DNA of 61,990 bases, taken from the IMG/VR virus record IMGVR_UViG_3300037475_000049, positions 1 through 61,990 of that record; one strand, given 5' to 3'. A program made the translations under genes and the position numbers. Shown here piece after piece: positions 44,110 to 53,265 of this stretch. This stretch comes from a virus (Duplodnaviria > Caudoviricetes). The notes below the pieces were generated by a model. That model did no database searches, was not told the DNA's origin, and worked only from the letters and a program-made list of their open reading frames with translations. Numbering within the stretch: position 1 is the first letter of the stretch; each line of letters opens with the position of its first letter.

Positions 44110-47055
44110 TTAAATGCGGGCACCGTTGATTCTGGTCAGGTCCCCAAAAGGCTGTTTGTAGAGATAGGGGCCTTGGCTGCCCCAAGGCTTCGTGCCCACG
44201 CTCATGTCCTTCTGCATAACTCGGAATCCAGCGGGGGACGTGGCGGAATACTTCACGGCCAATCCCTTCATCGGCTGCGTTACTAGATACACTTTCTGAT
44301 AGGCTCCCGCTGTTGATGCAAAAGTGTAGGAATAGGGAGACTGATTATTGCCATTCACAGTACAGGCCAGTGTCACCACATCGGTAGAAACGATTGGCAG
44401 ATATAAGTCCCTGTGATGGAACCATGAGTCATAATCAAACGTAGTCTCTTGCGTCGTCCATGTAGTCACCAGTTCTGGCGCAGGCTCGAAAATCCACTCG
44501 ATCCCCTCGATTCTCCAGAAATTAGCATCGGATGGAGCGAAGCGAACCAAGTGACTGATGAACGGCGTATTGAACGAGTACGCAATAGTCTGCTCTCCAT
44601 TGTGGATAACAGTGGAAGGAGTGAAAGCATGCGCCGTATTATTGTCATCCAGCACTAGAACATTTCGCACTACGTTCAGTGTGTCAGCGCGGAGTTTAAA
44701 CCCCTGAATGAACTTCGCGCCCATGTATCCGCAGTCTGTCTTGTCAGTAGCGCGGAGCGCAGTGAGTTCAGGCTTGGGAACCCAGGTAGGCGTCCAGGTA
44801 TAGAAGATCGGCTGGCCCGCAGAGCTAGTCCAGATGATGTAGAGCCCCATATTATAGGCATACTGACCGCGTCCGGAATTGATATCGCCCAATATCCGAT
44901 GTCGGCCCGTGAAGCTGGTACTGCCAGTTGCCAGAGAACTCAGCGATGAGAAGTTGTCAAATCCTACCCGGATGTCGATCTCGTTGCACTTGGAGTCAAG
45001 GTCAATCTCTACGTCGCCCCATAGTTTGCGGGGACGGGGATCTCCCGTGTCCTGCGAGCCCGTCCTGATATGGCCATCGATGGGATTGCCAAAATCGGTA
45101 TCGACGCCAAAAGTAGTCTCGCCATAGGTAGCAAGAAAGCCTGTCGTGACACCCAGCAGCATGCGAGTGCTGGAGATGCTAGGTGTTGTGGTATCTTCCA
45201 CCGTCTCGAAGTAGCGGCAGGTCACCTCTGGCGTATAGGTATCCCGTGAAATCCAGCCAACGAAGCGGCCACTGGGGACATCGAAATTGCCCACCATCGT
45301 CCGATAATGCCCGGATTGGTCGATGTAGTTGAAGTAGAGGAACCCATCGCCGTACTCCAGACGCATCTTGTCAGGCTGCTTGAAATCAGGGCGCGAAATC
45401 GGAGAGTCATCAATACCATCAATGAACGGGAAATGGGCTTCCCCGTCCTCCAGGCCGCTCGATTCATGCGGGAAGAATGGATACAGATCCTCATCCGTCA
45501 GCGACGTAGGAGATCCGCCAGCCGTCAAATAGATGCCGTCCTTGGCAATGAACGCCATGCCCCACGGGGTAACGCAAAGTCCCCAGCGGGCGAATAGTCC
45601 GCGAGAGTTAGGAATCTCCAAGGCGCTGAAGTCTGACACTTGCCCCAGCGTTGGATAGAGCGCGAACATGCGATTGGTTGAGAAAACGAACGGATTGCCG
45701 TTATAGAGCACGCCATTCATTAGCGGTTCAGACGCGCTGGTGATGTCGAGCACATTCGCACCGGGATGCGATTCAGGGTTATTCCCCTTCGTCCAATAGA
45801 TCGCTCCAGGGCGCAGCGCATCCCCGCAAGCGAACACGAAGATGCCCGTCAAGCCACCGCCGAAGGGTCCCCACATGCAGGGCAATGGCTGGTGCATGAT
45901 CTCCGGCGTGGTCATCACAAATTGACCGCCTGTGATCGCAGCAGGAGGATCTTCCAGTAACTCCACAGTAGTAGTAGAAGTGGGAGAAGCGTAAAACGTA
46001 TAATTAGTGCCGTTTATAGCGATCTGATTCCCTAGTGGGTAGAATGGATTGTCTCCGACCGCATCATAGGCTCTCAGCGTATCTCCCGCCGTAACCGTCA
46101 AAATTCCCCCTAGTCCCGGCCCAGGGGCAGTCACATTACAAGTTCCTACCTTGCTGGTATCGACACTCAGCCACGGTTGGTTATCGTTGAACTCCGCGAC
46201 AGGGTTAGATGCTATGTCCAGATCAGCGAAGATGTCTATGAGCGTGAATCCAGAGACGTTGCCGATGGTCCCAATATAGGTCCATACAGGCAGAGAACCG
46301 CCATAGCGGTAAACATCGAGCCACCGTACTTGTGGGTCAGGATGCGCCGAAGGAACGGTCACGGTGATACTGGAGGGCGGGGTGCCAGAGCCAGCAGCCG
46401 ATGACGGGGATAGCCCGTTAACGTCCCGGATAGGAGGTCCAAGGTTCGAGACTGCCCCCGTGTTCACCTGTGTATCACAACGCGCACGGAAACGGTAGAC
46501 GTAAGGCAGGTTCGTCGTCCCGATATCAGGACCGCCCGTTAGAGGCGCGTTGATCGTTGCGGTGGGCGCGAAGTTCGGAGGCGCTACGCCCATATGCCAG
46601 TTGGTATCCGCCGAAGAAACCTTGCGCGTTTTATTAAAGTCGCCAACAAAGGCCCATGGGCGCGGGCTAAAGTCCGATCCAGCCACCACAAAGGTCATCG
46701 GGTTCCCAGAATAGCCACTGTCGATGACGACGAAGAACCCCGGAGGCGTGGCAGCAGCAGCAAAGGTCAGGCTAGTGGAGATGCCCATCATGCGGCTGTG
46801 CGCCTGGAAAGAACCAGGGAAGGCTGTCGGATCAGGGATCGGGTCGTTCCAGGAGAAGATGGAATGGACGTTATTGACTACGGGCGCGTTGGTCGATTCC
46901 GGCTGGATTCCTTGGCGCGACTGAATCCTATTCGTCCCATAGCGACGTGTGTTGTAGAGCAAGCGGGCGCGCTTCTCCGGCAGGCGGTCAACCGGGGATG
47001 CCAGATTCATGCCTACAAAATCGAACAGGAACGAATTGCGTTGGAAATCTGCCAT
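44110..47055 (-). CDS. Tail nozzle/stabilisation protein (P22 gp10 / T7 gp12-like)
   Basis: 981 aa beta-rich; F.GMNL N-terminus; position after adaptors. Confidence 0.6.
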   Translation of the reverse strand: MADFQRNSFLFDFVGMNLASPVDRLPEKRARLLYNTRRYGTNRIQSRQGIQPESTNAPVVNNVHSIFSWNDPIPDPTAFPGSFQAHSRMMGISTSLTFAAAATPPGFFVVIDSGYSGNPMTFVVAGSDFSPRPWAFVGDFNKTRKVSSADTNWHMGVAPPNFAPTATINAPLTGGPDIGTTNLPYVYRFRARCDTQVNTGAVSNLGPPIRDVNGLSPSSAAGSGTPPSSITVTVPSAHPDPQVRWLDVYRYGGSLPVWTYIGTIGNVSGFTLIDIFADLDIASNPVAEFNDNQPWLSVDTSKVGTCNVTAPGPGLGGILTVTAGDTLRAYDAVGDNPFYPLGNQIAINGTNYTFYASPTSTTTVELLEDPPAAITGGQFVMTTPEIMHQPLPCMWGPFGGGLTGIFVFACGDALRPGAIYWTKGNNPESHPGANVLDITSASEPLMNGVLYNGNPFVFSTNRMFALYPTLGQVSDFSALEIPNSRGLFARWGLCVTPWGMAFIAKDGIYLTAGGSPTSLTDEDLYPFFPHESSGLEDGEAHFPFIDGIDDSPISRPDFKQPDKMRLEYGDGFLYFNYIDQSGHYRTMVGNFDVPSGRFVGWISRDTYTPEVTCRYFETVEDTTTPSISSTRMLLGVTTGFLATYGETTFGVDTDFGNPIDGHIRTGSQDTGDPRPRKLWGDVEIDLDSKCNEIDIRVGFDNFSSLSSLATGSTSFTGRHRILGDINSGRGQYAYNMGLYIIWTSSAGQPIFYTWTPTWVPKPELTALRATDKTDCGYMGAKFIQGFKLRADTLNVVRNVLVLDDNNTAHAFTPSTVIHNGEQTIAYSFNTPFISHLVRFAPSDANFWRIEGIEWIFEPAPELVTTWTTQETTFDYDSWFHHRDLYLPIVSTDVVTLACTVNGNNQSPYSYTFASTAGAYQKVYLVTQPMKGLAVKYSATSPAGFRVMQKDMSVGTKPWGSQGPYLYKQPFGDLTRINGARI

Positions 47056-48762
47056 TTAATAAGCCGTGGCGCTAAAGACAATCGTATCGCTGGTTGATGC
47101 GTTGCCCTTTATGGAACAGGTTGTGGTGCTTGTCGCGCTCTGGAATAAATCTATGCCTGTTGTAATATCACTCCCATGACAAGCCCACCCATTCGGTGCC
47201 GTATAACCAGTTGCCCCATTCATCGTGATTACAAAAGTGCATGGAGTAGCCCCAGTCCCGACTGTGAAACTGCCAGCAAATGATCCTCCCGTTATAGCTC
47301 CTGCTGATCCGCAGCCAGATACCGTGAATGTAGTCCCGGATGCTACCACGGCTGAAGGCTTAATCCCACGGCTCGTTACCGCAATGCCAGAATCAGTGAG
47401 CGTGCAGGTAGTTGAAGCTGTGGTGCAGGTAAGAAGGTCTGTGGTTGTGGGTACGGTTGCGAACCCCTTTATGGTGTTCGTGGTCGTCGCCCCACTTTGC
47501 CAGATCGTATGAGCATTGGCCGCAACGTTTGCCGTCTGGATCGTGCCCGCCACGCTGTTATCTGTACCGAGAGTCAATACCCCAGCCGATAGCGAGGCTC
47601 CGCTGTCAGTAAGGGTACAGATAATCCCAGACGATGTGCATGTGACGACATCGGTAGTGACAGGGACCACCGCGAAACCCTTGATGGTATTGCTAGTTGT
47701 AGCGGCGCTTTGCCAGTTGGTATGGGCATTGGCCGCAACGTTAGAAGCCACAAAACTGCCAGCAACGCTATTGTCCGTTCCCGAAACAAACGGCTCGGCG
47801 GTAGAAACAGTTGTGCCGTTGTCGGTGATGCTCGAATTTGTATAGCCCGTGGTGCCAACCCCCTTCGGCAGAACGTTAGCCGTCAGCGACGAAATCTGAG
47901 AGAAGATCGCGCAATTAAGCCCCGATGCCTGCCCGGAGTCAGCGACGTAGCTATAACCGTCCGTACACTTGGCGAAGCGGATGTTATTCGTTCCGTTGTG
48001 AACGATGATATCGCCCTTGGTGGTGAGCGGAGACAGGTTATTGAATCCCGTGGTCTGCGTTGATCCGTTCGTGCCGCCATTAGCGAGGGGGAGTACCCCG
48101 GTTACGCCCGTTGTGAGCGGCAAACCAGTAGCGCTGGTGAGAACGAGAGCCGTAGGCGTTCCGAGGGCCGGAGTTACCAGCGTCGGGGAAGTGCTATAGA
48201 CGATACCCCCCGTACCCGTGGCTCCAGTGCTCGTTACTCCCTCGAAAGTGGTATGCCCTGTAACTGCTAGAGTGCCAGCCAGAGACATATTACCCGCCGC
48301 ACTGAGGGTGGACGTGGCAGATGGCGTCTGGATGGTCGTAGTCCCGCCTCCCGTGACGATAGCGGTACTAGTTAAAGTTCCTGCGCCTACAACCGTTACG
48401 GTCCCCGCAGCAGTGGCGCTAGGTACGAAGAACTCAGTTACGAAGGGCGATGGGATGCCGCCGCCAGAGCGCGTTACCGCGTACTCTCCCGCTGCGGCGT
48501 AGAAGGTCCACTGCCCCGTGGTCGAACTCGCTGTGAAAGGGTTGCCTAAGACGGTTCCTGTGGAGTCCGAATAGATCGTGGCGATGCTACCCATCGTGTC
48601 GCGCACAGTGACAGTGCAGCCCTTGTAGGAACGCTGCGTAAACGTGGTGGACGATACGCCGTTAGTGACAGTGACTTGTCCCCCAAGTTCGCACCAGCCC
48701 GACACAGGCGCATAGGTTTGCGCGAAACACGGAATCGCCAGCAAAAACAGTAGTTTCTTCAT
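47056..48762 (-). CDS. Sec-signal tail-fibre-like protein
   Basis: MKKLLFLLAIPCFAQ; ATIYSD..G..L.NPFTA...G.W.FYAA head-binding-like domain; SPTLVTPALGTP, TGVLPLANGGT and LTTKGDI fibre motifs. Confidence 0.75.
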   Translation of the reverse strand: MKKLLFLLAIPCFAQTYAPVSGWCELGGQVTVTNGVSSTTFTQRSYKGCTVTVRDTMGSIATIYSDSTGTVLGNPFTASSTTGQWTFYAAAGEYAVTRSGGGIPSPFVTEFFVPSATAAGTVTVVGAGTLTSTAIVTGGGTTTIQTPSATSTLSAAGNMSLAGTLAVTGHTTFEGVTSTGATGTGGIVYSTSPTLVTPALGTPTALVLTSATGLPLTTGVTGVLPLANGGTNGSTQTTGFNNLSPLTTKGDIIVHNGTNNIRFAKCTDGYSYVADSGQASGLNCAIFSQISSLTANVLPKGVGTTGYTNSSITDNGTTVSTAEPFVSGTDNSVAGSFVASNVAANAHTNWQSAATTSNTIKGFAVVPVTTDVVTCTSSGIICTLTDSGASLSAGVLTLGTDNSVAGTIQTANVAANAHTIWQSGATTTNTIKGFATVPTTTDLLTCTTASTTCTLTDSGIAVTSRGIKPSAVVASGTTFTVSGCGSAGAITGGSFAGSFTVGTGATPCTFVITMNGATGYTAPNGWACHGSDITTGIDLFQSATSTTTCSIKGNASTSDTIVFSATAY

Positions 48763-50009
48763 CGAAGCGCCCCCAACTGCATTGGAATTTCCTTCTTCTG
48801 CCGCTGCCCCCGGTCCATCAGCGATTGGTGATTGGATGTCTGTGCGCGAGTACGATCCCGGTAGATTCCAGCCATTCGCATGAACCGCTCATGTTCCGCC
48901 ACGGTTGCCAAGAACTCCTCCCCGCCCTGCTTGAACGCCGCTATGTGCTGCGATTCGTCAATGATCGCGTCCTGAATATCGCGGCTGAGCACCAAGGCCG
49001 TCGAGGTCAGCGCGGGGACTGGCGTGTTCTGCACGATGTCCAGCGTCATCGAATAGACGCCATCAGGCGGCGGCGACAGCACCAGCATATTCATGCCTGC
49101 CATTGCCACGGAATCAGGTTGTCCCGGAGCGTTCTGCCATGTGGGGCTGAGTGTATCCAACTCATATAGCGTAGTAACCTGCAACGGAACGTTATTCAGC
49201 CGCGCATCGAGCACCGTAGGAGCTTCTTTGGCGATCTGAATACCTTCCTGCCAGCGCTTCTCGCAATACTGCGCCCTCAGTGGATCAGCCGCAGGCCCCG
49301 ACATCCCCAGCAAGTCAGCTAGAGCGCCCCACTTGACCACCCATGCGTAATCGTCCGGGATGCCCATGCTGACGCCTGTCGTTGGGTCTAGTGTTGCGCC
49401 AGCGCTCACTACGATCAGATTGAGAGTACCTGTGTCCTGCGGCGGCGCTGCAAGCTGGATCGTGAACGGCGGAACAACACTGACACTATAGACAGAAGGC
49501 GTGCCAGCAGTCCCCGGCCAGTTCTGCAAGAGCGTGTCCATCGCCCACTCATCTTCGCGCCAGAGCGGGTAGTAGTAGTTCCCCTGCGTCTGCCAAGCCA
49601 AACGGCGCACGTCGATCACGGAACTGCTGATAGCCACACGCCCAGCGAAGGGAGGCGCTACGTTCTGCGTGTAGTTTGTCAGCACCGCGCCCGTTTCCAC
49701 TAGGAACTGGTTGCGGCGGCGCTCCAGCGCGTTTACAACGTCATCTAGGGTGAACTGAGTGGTTCCAGTCCATGCGGTGTAGGTTGCAGGCTCCAGCAGA
49801 GAGTATTCGATAGACGCGACTAGCTGTTGGTCGGTGACGGTATAGCCGAGATCGGCGGCGGTGCCAACGGTCGATGAGAGGTCGTAGAATGCTTGGTTGG
49901 CTACGGTGTTGAAGGTGACGCGATTCCGCCAATAGCGTGCGCCTGCATTCCAGGTTCGCAACGCCTCAACCACATTTGCGTTGATCTCAGCCGTAGTCCA
50001 AAACGACAT
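48759..50009 (-). CDS. Head-tail adaptor-like protein (N-terminus apparently split off)
   Basis: FWTTAEIN..V.EALRTWN; IPDDY...VKWGALADLL; two-lobed adaptor pattern. Confidence 0.55.
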   Translation of the reverse strand: MSFWTTAEINANVVEALRTWNAGARYWRNRVTFNTVANQAFYDLSSTVGTAADLGYTVTDQQLVASIEYSLLEPATYTAWTGTTQFTLDDVVNALERRRNQFLVETGAVLTNYTQNVAPPFAGRVAISSSVIDVRRLAWQTQGNYYYPLWREDEWAMDTLLQNWPGTAGTPSVYSVSVVPPFTIQLAAPPQDTGTLNLIVVSAGATLDPTTGVSMGIPDDYAWVVKWGALADLLGMSGPAADPLRAQYCEKRWQEGIQIAKEAPTVLDARLNNVPLQVTTLYELDTLSPTWQNAPGQPDSVAMAGMNMLVLSPPPDGVYSMTLDIVQNTPVPALTSTALVLSRDIQDAIIDESQHIAAFKQGGEEFLATVAEHERFMRMAGIYRDRTRAQTSNHQSLMDRGQRQKKEIPMQLGALR

Positions 50010-50294
50010 TTACCACCAATCCGGTTCCAGAGCGATGTCAACGCAAGGGAGGCAAATATAAACTGTCCCAAATTTCCCCTCACATTTACCCGTTTCTTTA
50101 TAGACCCGCGTACCGGGAGGAATTTCATGCTGCCCTCCCGCCACAACGCCAAAGCATGTGTGTGCGCTTCGCGTAACTACCAGTGCCGTCTTGCGGCATT
50201 CGACTTCCGCAGGGAAATCGTCTCCCGCTCCCGGATCATAGGATAGATATTGAGCATCCGTATGGGATGGCGCTGCATCTTTCCGTTTTGGCAT
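50010..50294 (-). CDS. Zn-binding small protein inserted in the late operon
   Basis: HTC...H.I.PG..VY..G..EG.F..VYICLPC. Confidence 0.55.
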   Translation of the reverse strand: MPKRKDAAPSHTDAQYLSYDPGAGDDFPAEVECRKTALVVTRSAHTCFGVVAGGQHEIPPGTRVYKETGKCEGKFGTVYICLPCVDIALEPDWW

Positions 50295-50476
50295 TATGGG
50301 TCACTCAGTCTCGCTTGTGTCTGCGCCGTGAAGTAGTCAATCGTTGACGTGGTAGTAGGCGTAAACGATGGAGTTGGCTGCGTCACTGTCGCATTATCCG
50401 CCACCACGCCCAAACGACTTTGAGTCGCCGTTGTGAGCGTGGCAACGGTCATATCAGGCAGTACAGGAGGCGGCAA
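50294..50476 (-). CDS. 60-aa protein, possibly the detached N-terminus of the adaptor
   Basis: Ends TQARLSDP. Confidence 0.45.
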   Translation of the reverse strand: MPPPVLPDMTVATLTTATQSRLGVVADNATVTQPTPSFTPTTTSTIDYFTAQTQARLSDP

Positions 50477-50650
50477 CTAGTCACCTTCCGGCTTGTCGTA
50501 AAACTTCTCAGGAACAGCGTTGGGGCTCGGCGTGCGCGTCGGCAAATTGCCGCTGCCATTGCCATCTCCATCGTAACTACCAGAGCCACCCTTATAGCTC
50601 GAAGGGGGCTTCGGATAAGACTCGGCAGGGCCTTTCACGAAATCAGACAT
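50477..50650 (-). CDS. 57-aa Gly/Ser/Pro-rich protein (not in ORF track)
   Basis: AAGGAG RBS; MSDFVKGPAESYPKPP...KPEGD. Confidence 0.55.
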   Translation of the reverse strand: MSDFVKGPAESYPKPPSSYKGGSGSYDGDGNGSGNLPTRTPSPNAVPEKFYDKPEGD

Positions 50651-50740
50651 TATGGTTCTCCTTTATGCGCTAAAATAAGAAGGATCGCAGCGGGTGTCAG
50701 CCCGCCACGATCCAGACACAGCGCCTATAGAGGAGGCACC

Positions 50741-51241
50741 ATGCCGAAATACCATCGTAGAACAATTCCAGAAATCTCGAAGAGCCTTGCGGATCACTTT
50801 TGGAGCAAGGTTGATATACGCAGTCCTAGAGAATGCTGGATTTGGAAGACTGGCAAATTCCCAAGAGGATATGGGGCTTTCGCCATAGGATACAGCCAAT
50901 TCCCCGCATCTCGCATTGCATTTGTTCTCCAGTATGGAGCATGGGCTATTCCTGGGAATATATTTGTTCTTCATCGCTGCGATAATCCTCCTTGCTGCAA
51001 CCCAGATCACTTGTTTCTGGGGACTGTCAAGGAAAACGCCGAAGACTGCTTCAAGAAAGGAAGAAATGTTCGCGGGGTCAATCATCCGCTTGCTAAACTC
51101 TCTGAAGCGCAAGTAAGAGAAATCCGCACAGCCCTTGATGGCGGGGAATTTACTCAGGCATTTCTTGCCCAGCAGTACGGAGTGGACCCTGCGCTCATTG
51201 GTCGTATTTTCCATCGTCGTTCGTGGTCCCATGTCAAATAG
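50741..51241 (+). CDS. HNH endonuclease with C-terminal HTH
   Basis: AGGAGG RBS; FWSKV...CWIW...GYG.F...VLHRCDNPPCCNPDHLFLGT..EN; AKLSEAQVREIR. Confidence 0.9.
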   Translation: MPKYHRRTIPEISKSLADHFWSKVDIRSPRECWIWKTGKFPRGYGAFAIGYSQFPASRIAFVLQYGAWAIPGNIFVLHRCDNPPCCNPDHLFLGTVKENAEDCFKKGRNVRGVNHPLAKLSEAQVREIRTALDGGEFTQAFLAQQYGVDPALIGRIFHRRSWSHVK

Positions 51242-52448
51242 AATGGTCCTGTAAAAATTTGGCATCCCACCATGGAGAAAAGGCCATGTTGGTAGCATAG
51301 GAAACCATATTTTCCATCGTGTTGTCGTCGTTCTTCTCTAACTCACCGATCATCATTTCGCACTTCCGTTCAATGCGATCCGACAGATTCAGATCGTAGT
51401 ACGGGTTCGGCGCGTCCACGCTCGGGCCCGGCCACCGTGCGGCCATCGCAAGCGCCATGTCAAGCAGGACATCTTGGCGGATATAACGCGGGATGACAGC
51501 GCCCAATTCGTCAATGTCCTGACATACCGCCTCGTAGAGATACGGATAAACATAATTGGAAAGATTATGCGGCCACAGTTCAAAGCGCGGCACTCCTACG
51601 GTATTGACCACAAACGCCTGAATGATGAAAGTATCGCCGTTTATATACGTCCCCGCAGGAAAAAAAATTTGGACGCCATCAGACAAATCGAGCGGGTTGC
51701 TATCCGTAGTAACGCCTGTAGTGAATCCACCCGCGTCTTTCTCCCATTCAAAAGTAGCTGTGCCGCTGGGGCCACCCGAGGTGATGATGACCGTAAAAAT
51801 AGAATTGGCGGCTCCGGTGTAATTGGCGCTCCCAGCGATCAATGGAGCAGCCCCGGAGCCAATAATCTGTACTGGATTGCGAATCGTCCCAACTGCGTTC
51901 GTGGTGTAGTCGAGCGAAGCGACAACGTAAGCCTGCCCCGTATTCGCCCGCTGCGCATCCCAAGAGTTCAATTCCTGCTGCTGAGTGTTGAGCCTCAACT
52001 GCCAGGAATAGTTCGGGTCCCACAGACTGATGAACGAACGGAAATCATTCGGCGGCGTGACGTAAGCCTGATAAATCTGGTAACCGATCCCCGCTGTGGT
52101 CTGTCCACCATACGGCAGTTCTAATTGCAGCGAAGTGGCGGAATTAACAAGCGAGATGGTATAGATCGGGGTTGAAACGCTAACGCGGAACTGACGCCCC
52201 ACCATGGAAGAATCCCATGTTGTGCCAGAGCCTATGACGGTAGCGCTGTTCTGGGTGACAATGACAGTCCCGGTATTGTAGACGACCGGGAGAATGAACT
52301 GATTGTACTTAACGAGCCAAGACCATGTTCGACGCTCCGCTATGCGGCGGAAGGCATCGGAGGTCCAGCGCTGGCACAGGAGTGCCCCCGCAGATGGACA
52401 CTGCGAGAGCACTCTGTTCCAGACAGCCTGATAGGTGGTGGTCGCCAC
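51234..52448 (-). CDS. Head-completion/adaptor protein with beta inserts
   Basis: AFRRIAERRTWSWL; YNTGTV.VTQNS.TV.GSGTTW; position after capsid genes. Confidence 0.55.
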   Translation of the reverse strand: MATTTYQAVWNRVLSQCPSAGALLCQRWTSDAFRRIAERRTWSWLVKYNQFILPVVYNTGTVIVTQNSATVIGSGTTWDSSMVGRQFRVSVSTPIYTISLVNSATSLQLELPYGGQTTAGIGYQIYQAYVTPPNDFRSFISLWDPNYSWQLRLNTQQQELNSWDAQRANTGQAYVVASLDYTTNAVGTIRNPVQIIGSGAAPLIAGSANYTGAANSIFTVIITSGGPSGTATFEWEKDAGGFTTGVTTDSNPLDLSDGVQIFFPAGTYINGDTFIIQAFVVNTVGVPRFELWPHNLSNYVYPYLYEAVCQDIDELGAVIPRYIRQDVLLDMALAMAARWPGPSVDAPNPYYDLNLSDRIERKCEMMIGELEKNDDNTMENMVSYATNMAFSPWWDAKFLQDHSI

Positions 52449-52452
52449 GCAC

Positions 52453-52695
52453 CTAGTTACCCATGACGCATATCTGTGCTGCGGTAGCAGTCCCCGTGAA
52501 GGTAATCACATTCCCGCTGCTGCTCATATTGGTCAAGCCAGCGGGATTGCTGCTATCCACAAAGTAAATCTGCGTCATCCCAGGAACCGTCAAGGTATCT
52601 CCAGTCGTTACAACCGTTATGTTGTAAAACTGGACCTTGAAGTTCCCGGCAACTTTGGGGTCGATAGGCGGATTGTTTTGCGTTACGGCTGCCAT
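52453..52695 (-). CDS. Small virion protein
   Basis: AGGAG RBS; beta-rich. Confidence 0.55.
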   Translation of the reverse strand: MAAVTQNNPPIDPKVAGNFKVQFYNITVVTTGDTLTVPGMTQIYFVDSSNPAGLTNMSSSGNVITFTGTATAAQICVMGN

Positions 52696-52704
52696 TGATT
52701 CTCC

Positions 52705-53247
52705 TTATGGGATACCAGCGATGCTGAGATCCGCCGTACAGGTGCTACCTGATGTTGCAACGCGGCAGACGCCCAGAACTTGCGCTGGAGGAGCCGTATT
52801 GATCGCCACGCCAAGGGTTTGAGCCGCAGTCGTAGAAGTGTCGCAGACAAGCAACATACCAGCCGTTGCCGATCCCGCTTCCTTCACTGTAATCGCCCGT
52901 CCTTGCTGGAGAACGAAACAGTAATTGCCCGCCGTAACCGCATTGCGGAAAACGCCCGCCACGTTGTTACGGAAGGAACTCGCAGTTTGGCTTAGAAGCG
53001 CATTCGCCGAGTCATTGGTGACGATGTACTGCGAGCGGTCATGCCAGTAAGCCAATTGGTTCGCGGCCACGACTCCGGTAGCGGTGGAGGCCGTAGCGCC
53101 CGAATCCAACTGGACGAACTGATACTCGCGGTCATTGACATCGATGGATTGGCCGATCTGCCCATCGAAATAGGCAGAGGCCACATTCACGGTATCCGGG
53201 TTGCCGGAGATCACGTATTGAGTTTGTACACGATTTGCGTTTGGCAT
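52705..53247 (-). CDS. Capsid decoration/cement-like protein
   Basis: Directly after the MCP; GGAG RBS; YQFVQ.DS...AGNYCFVLQQG. Confidence 0.55.
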   Translation of the reverse strand: MPNANRVQTQYVISGNPDTVNVASAYFDGQIGQSIDVNDREYQFVQLDSGATASTATGVVAANQLAYWHDRSQYIVTNDSANALLSQTASSFRNNVAGVFRNAVTAGNYCFVLQQGRAITVKEAGSATAGMLLVCDTSTTAAQTLGVAINTAPPAQVLGVCRVATSGSTCTADLSIAGIP

Positions 53248-53265
53248 TGTAGTGGTCTCCTCTCC

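Noticed and set aside
47385-47785. DGR template/variable repeat pair
   Set aside because: No reverse transcriptase in the genome; the repeats are in-frame, internal and differ at all base types
50010-50297. T4 gene 60-type ribosomal bypass joining the adaptor halves
   Set aside because: The only nearby in-frame Pro landing codon (CCG) is followed by a stop before the downstream ORF
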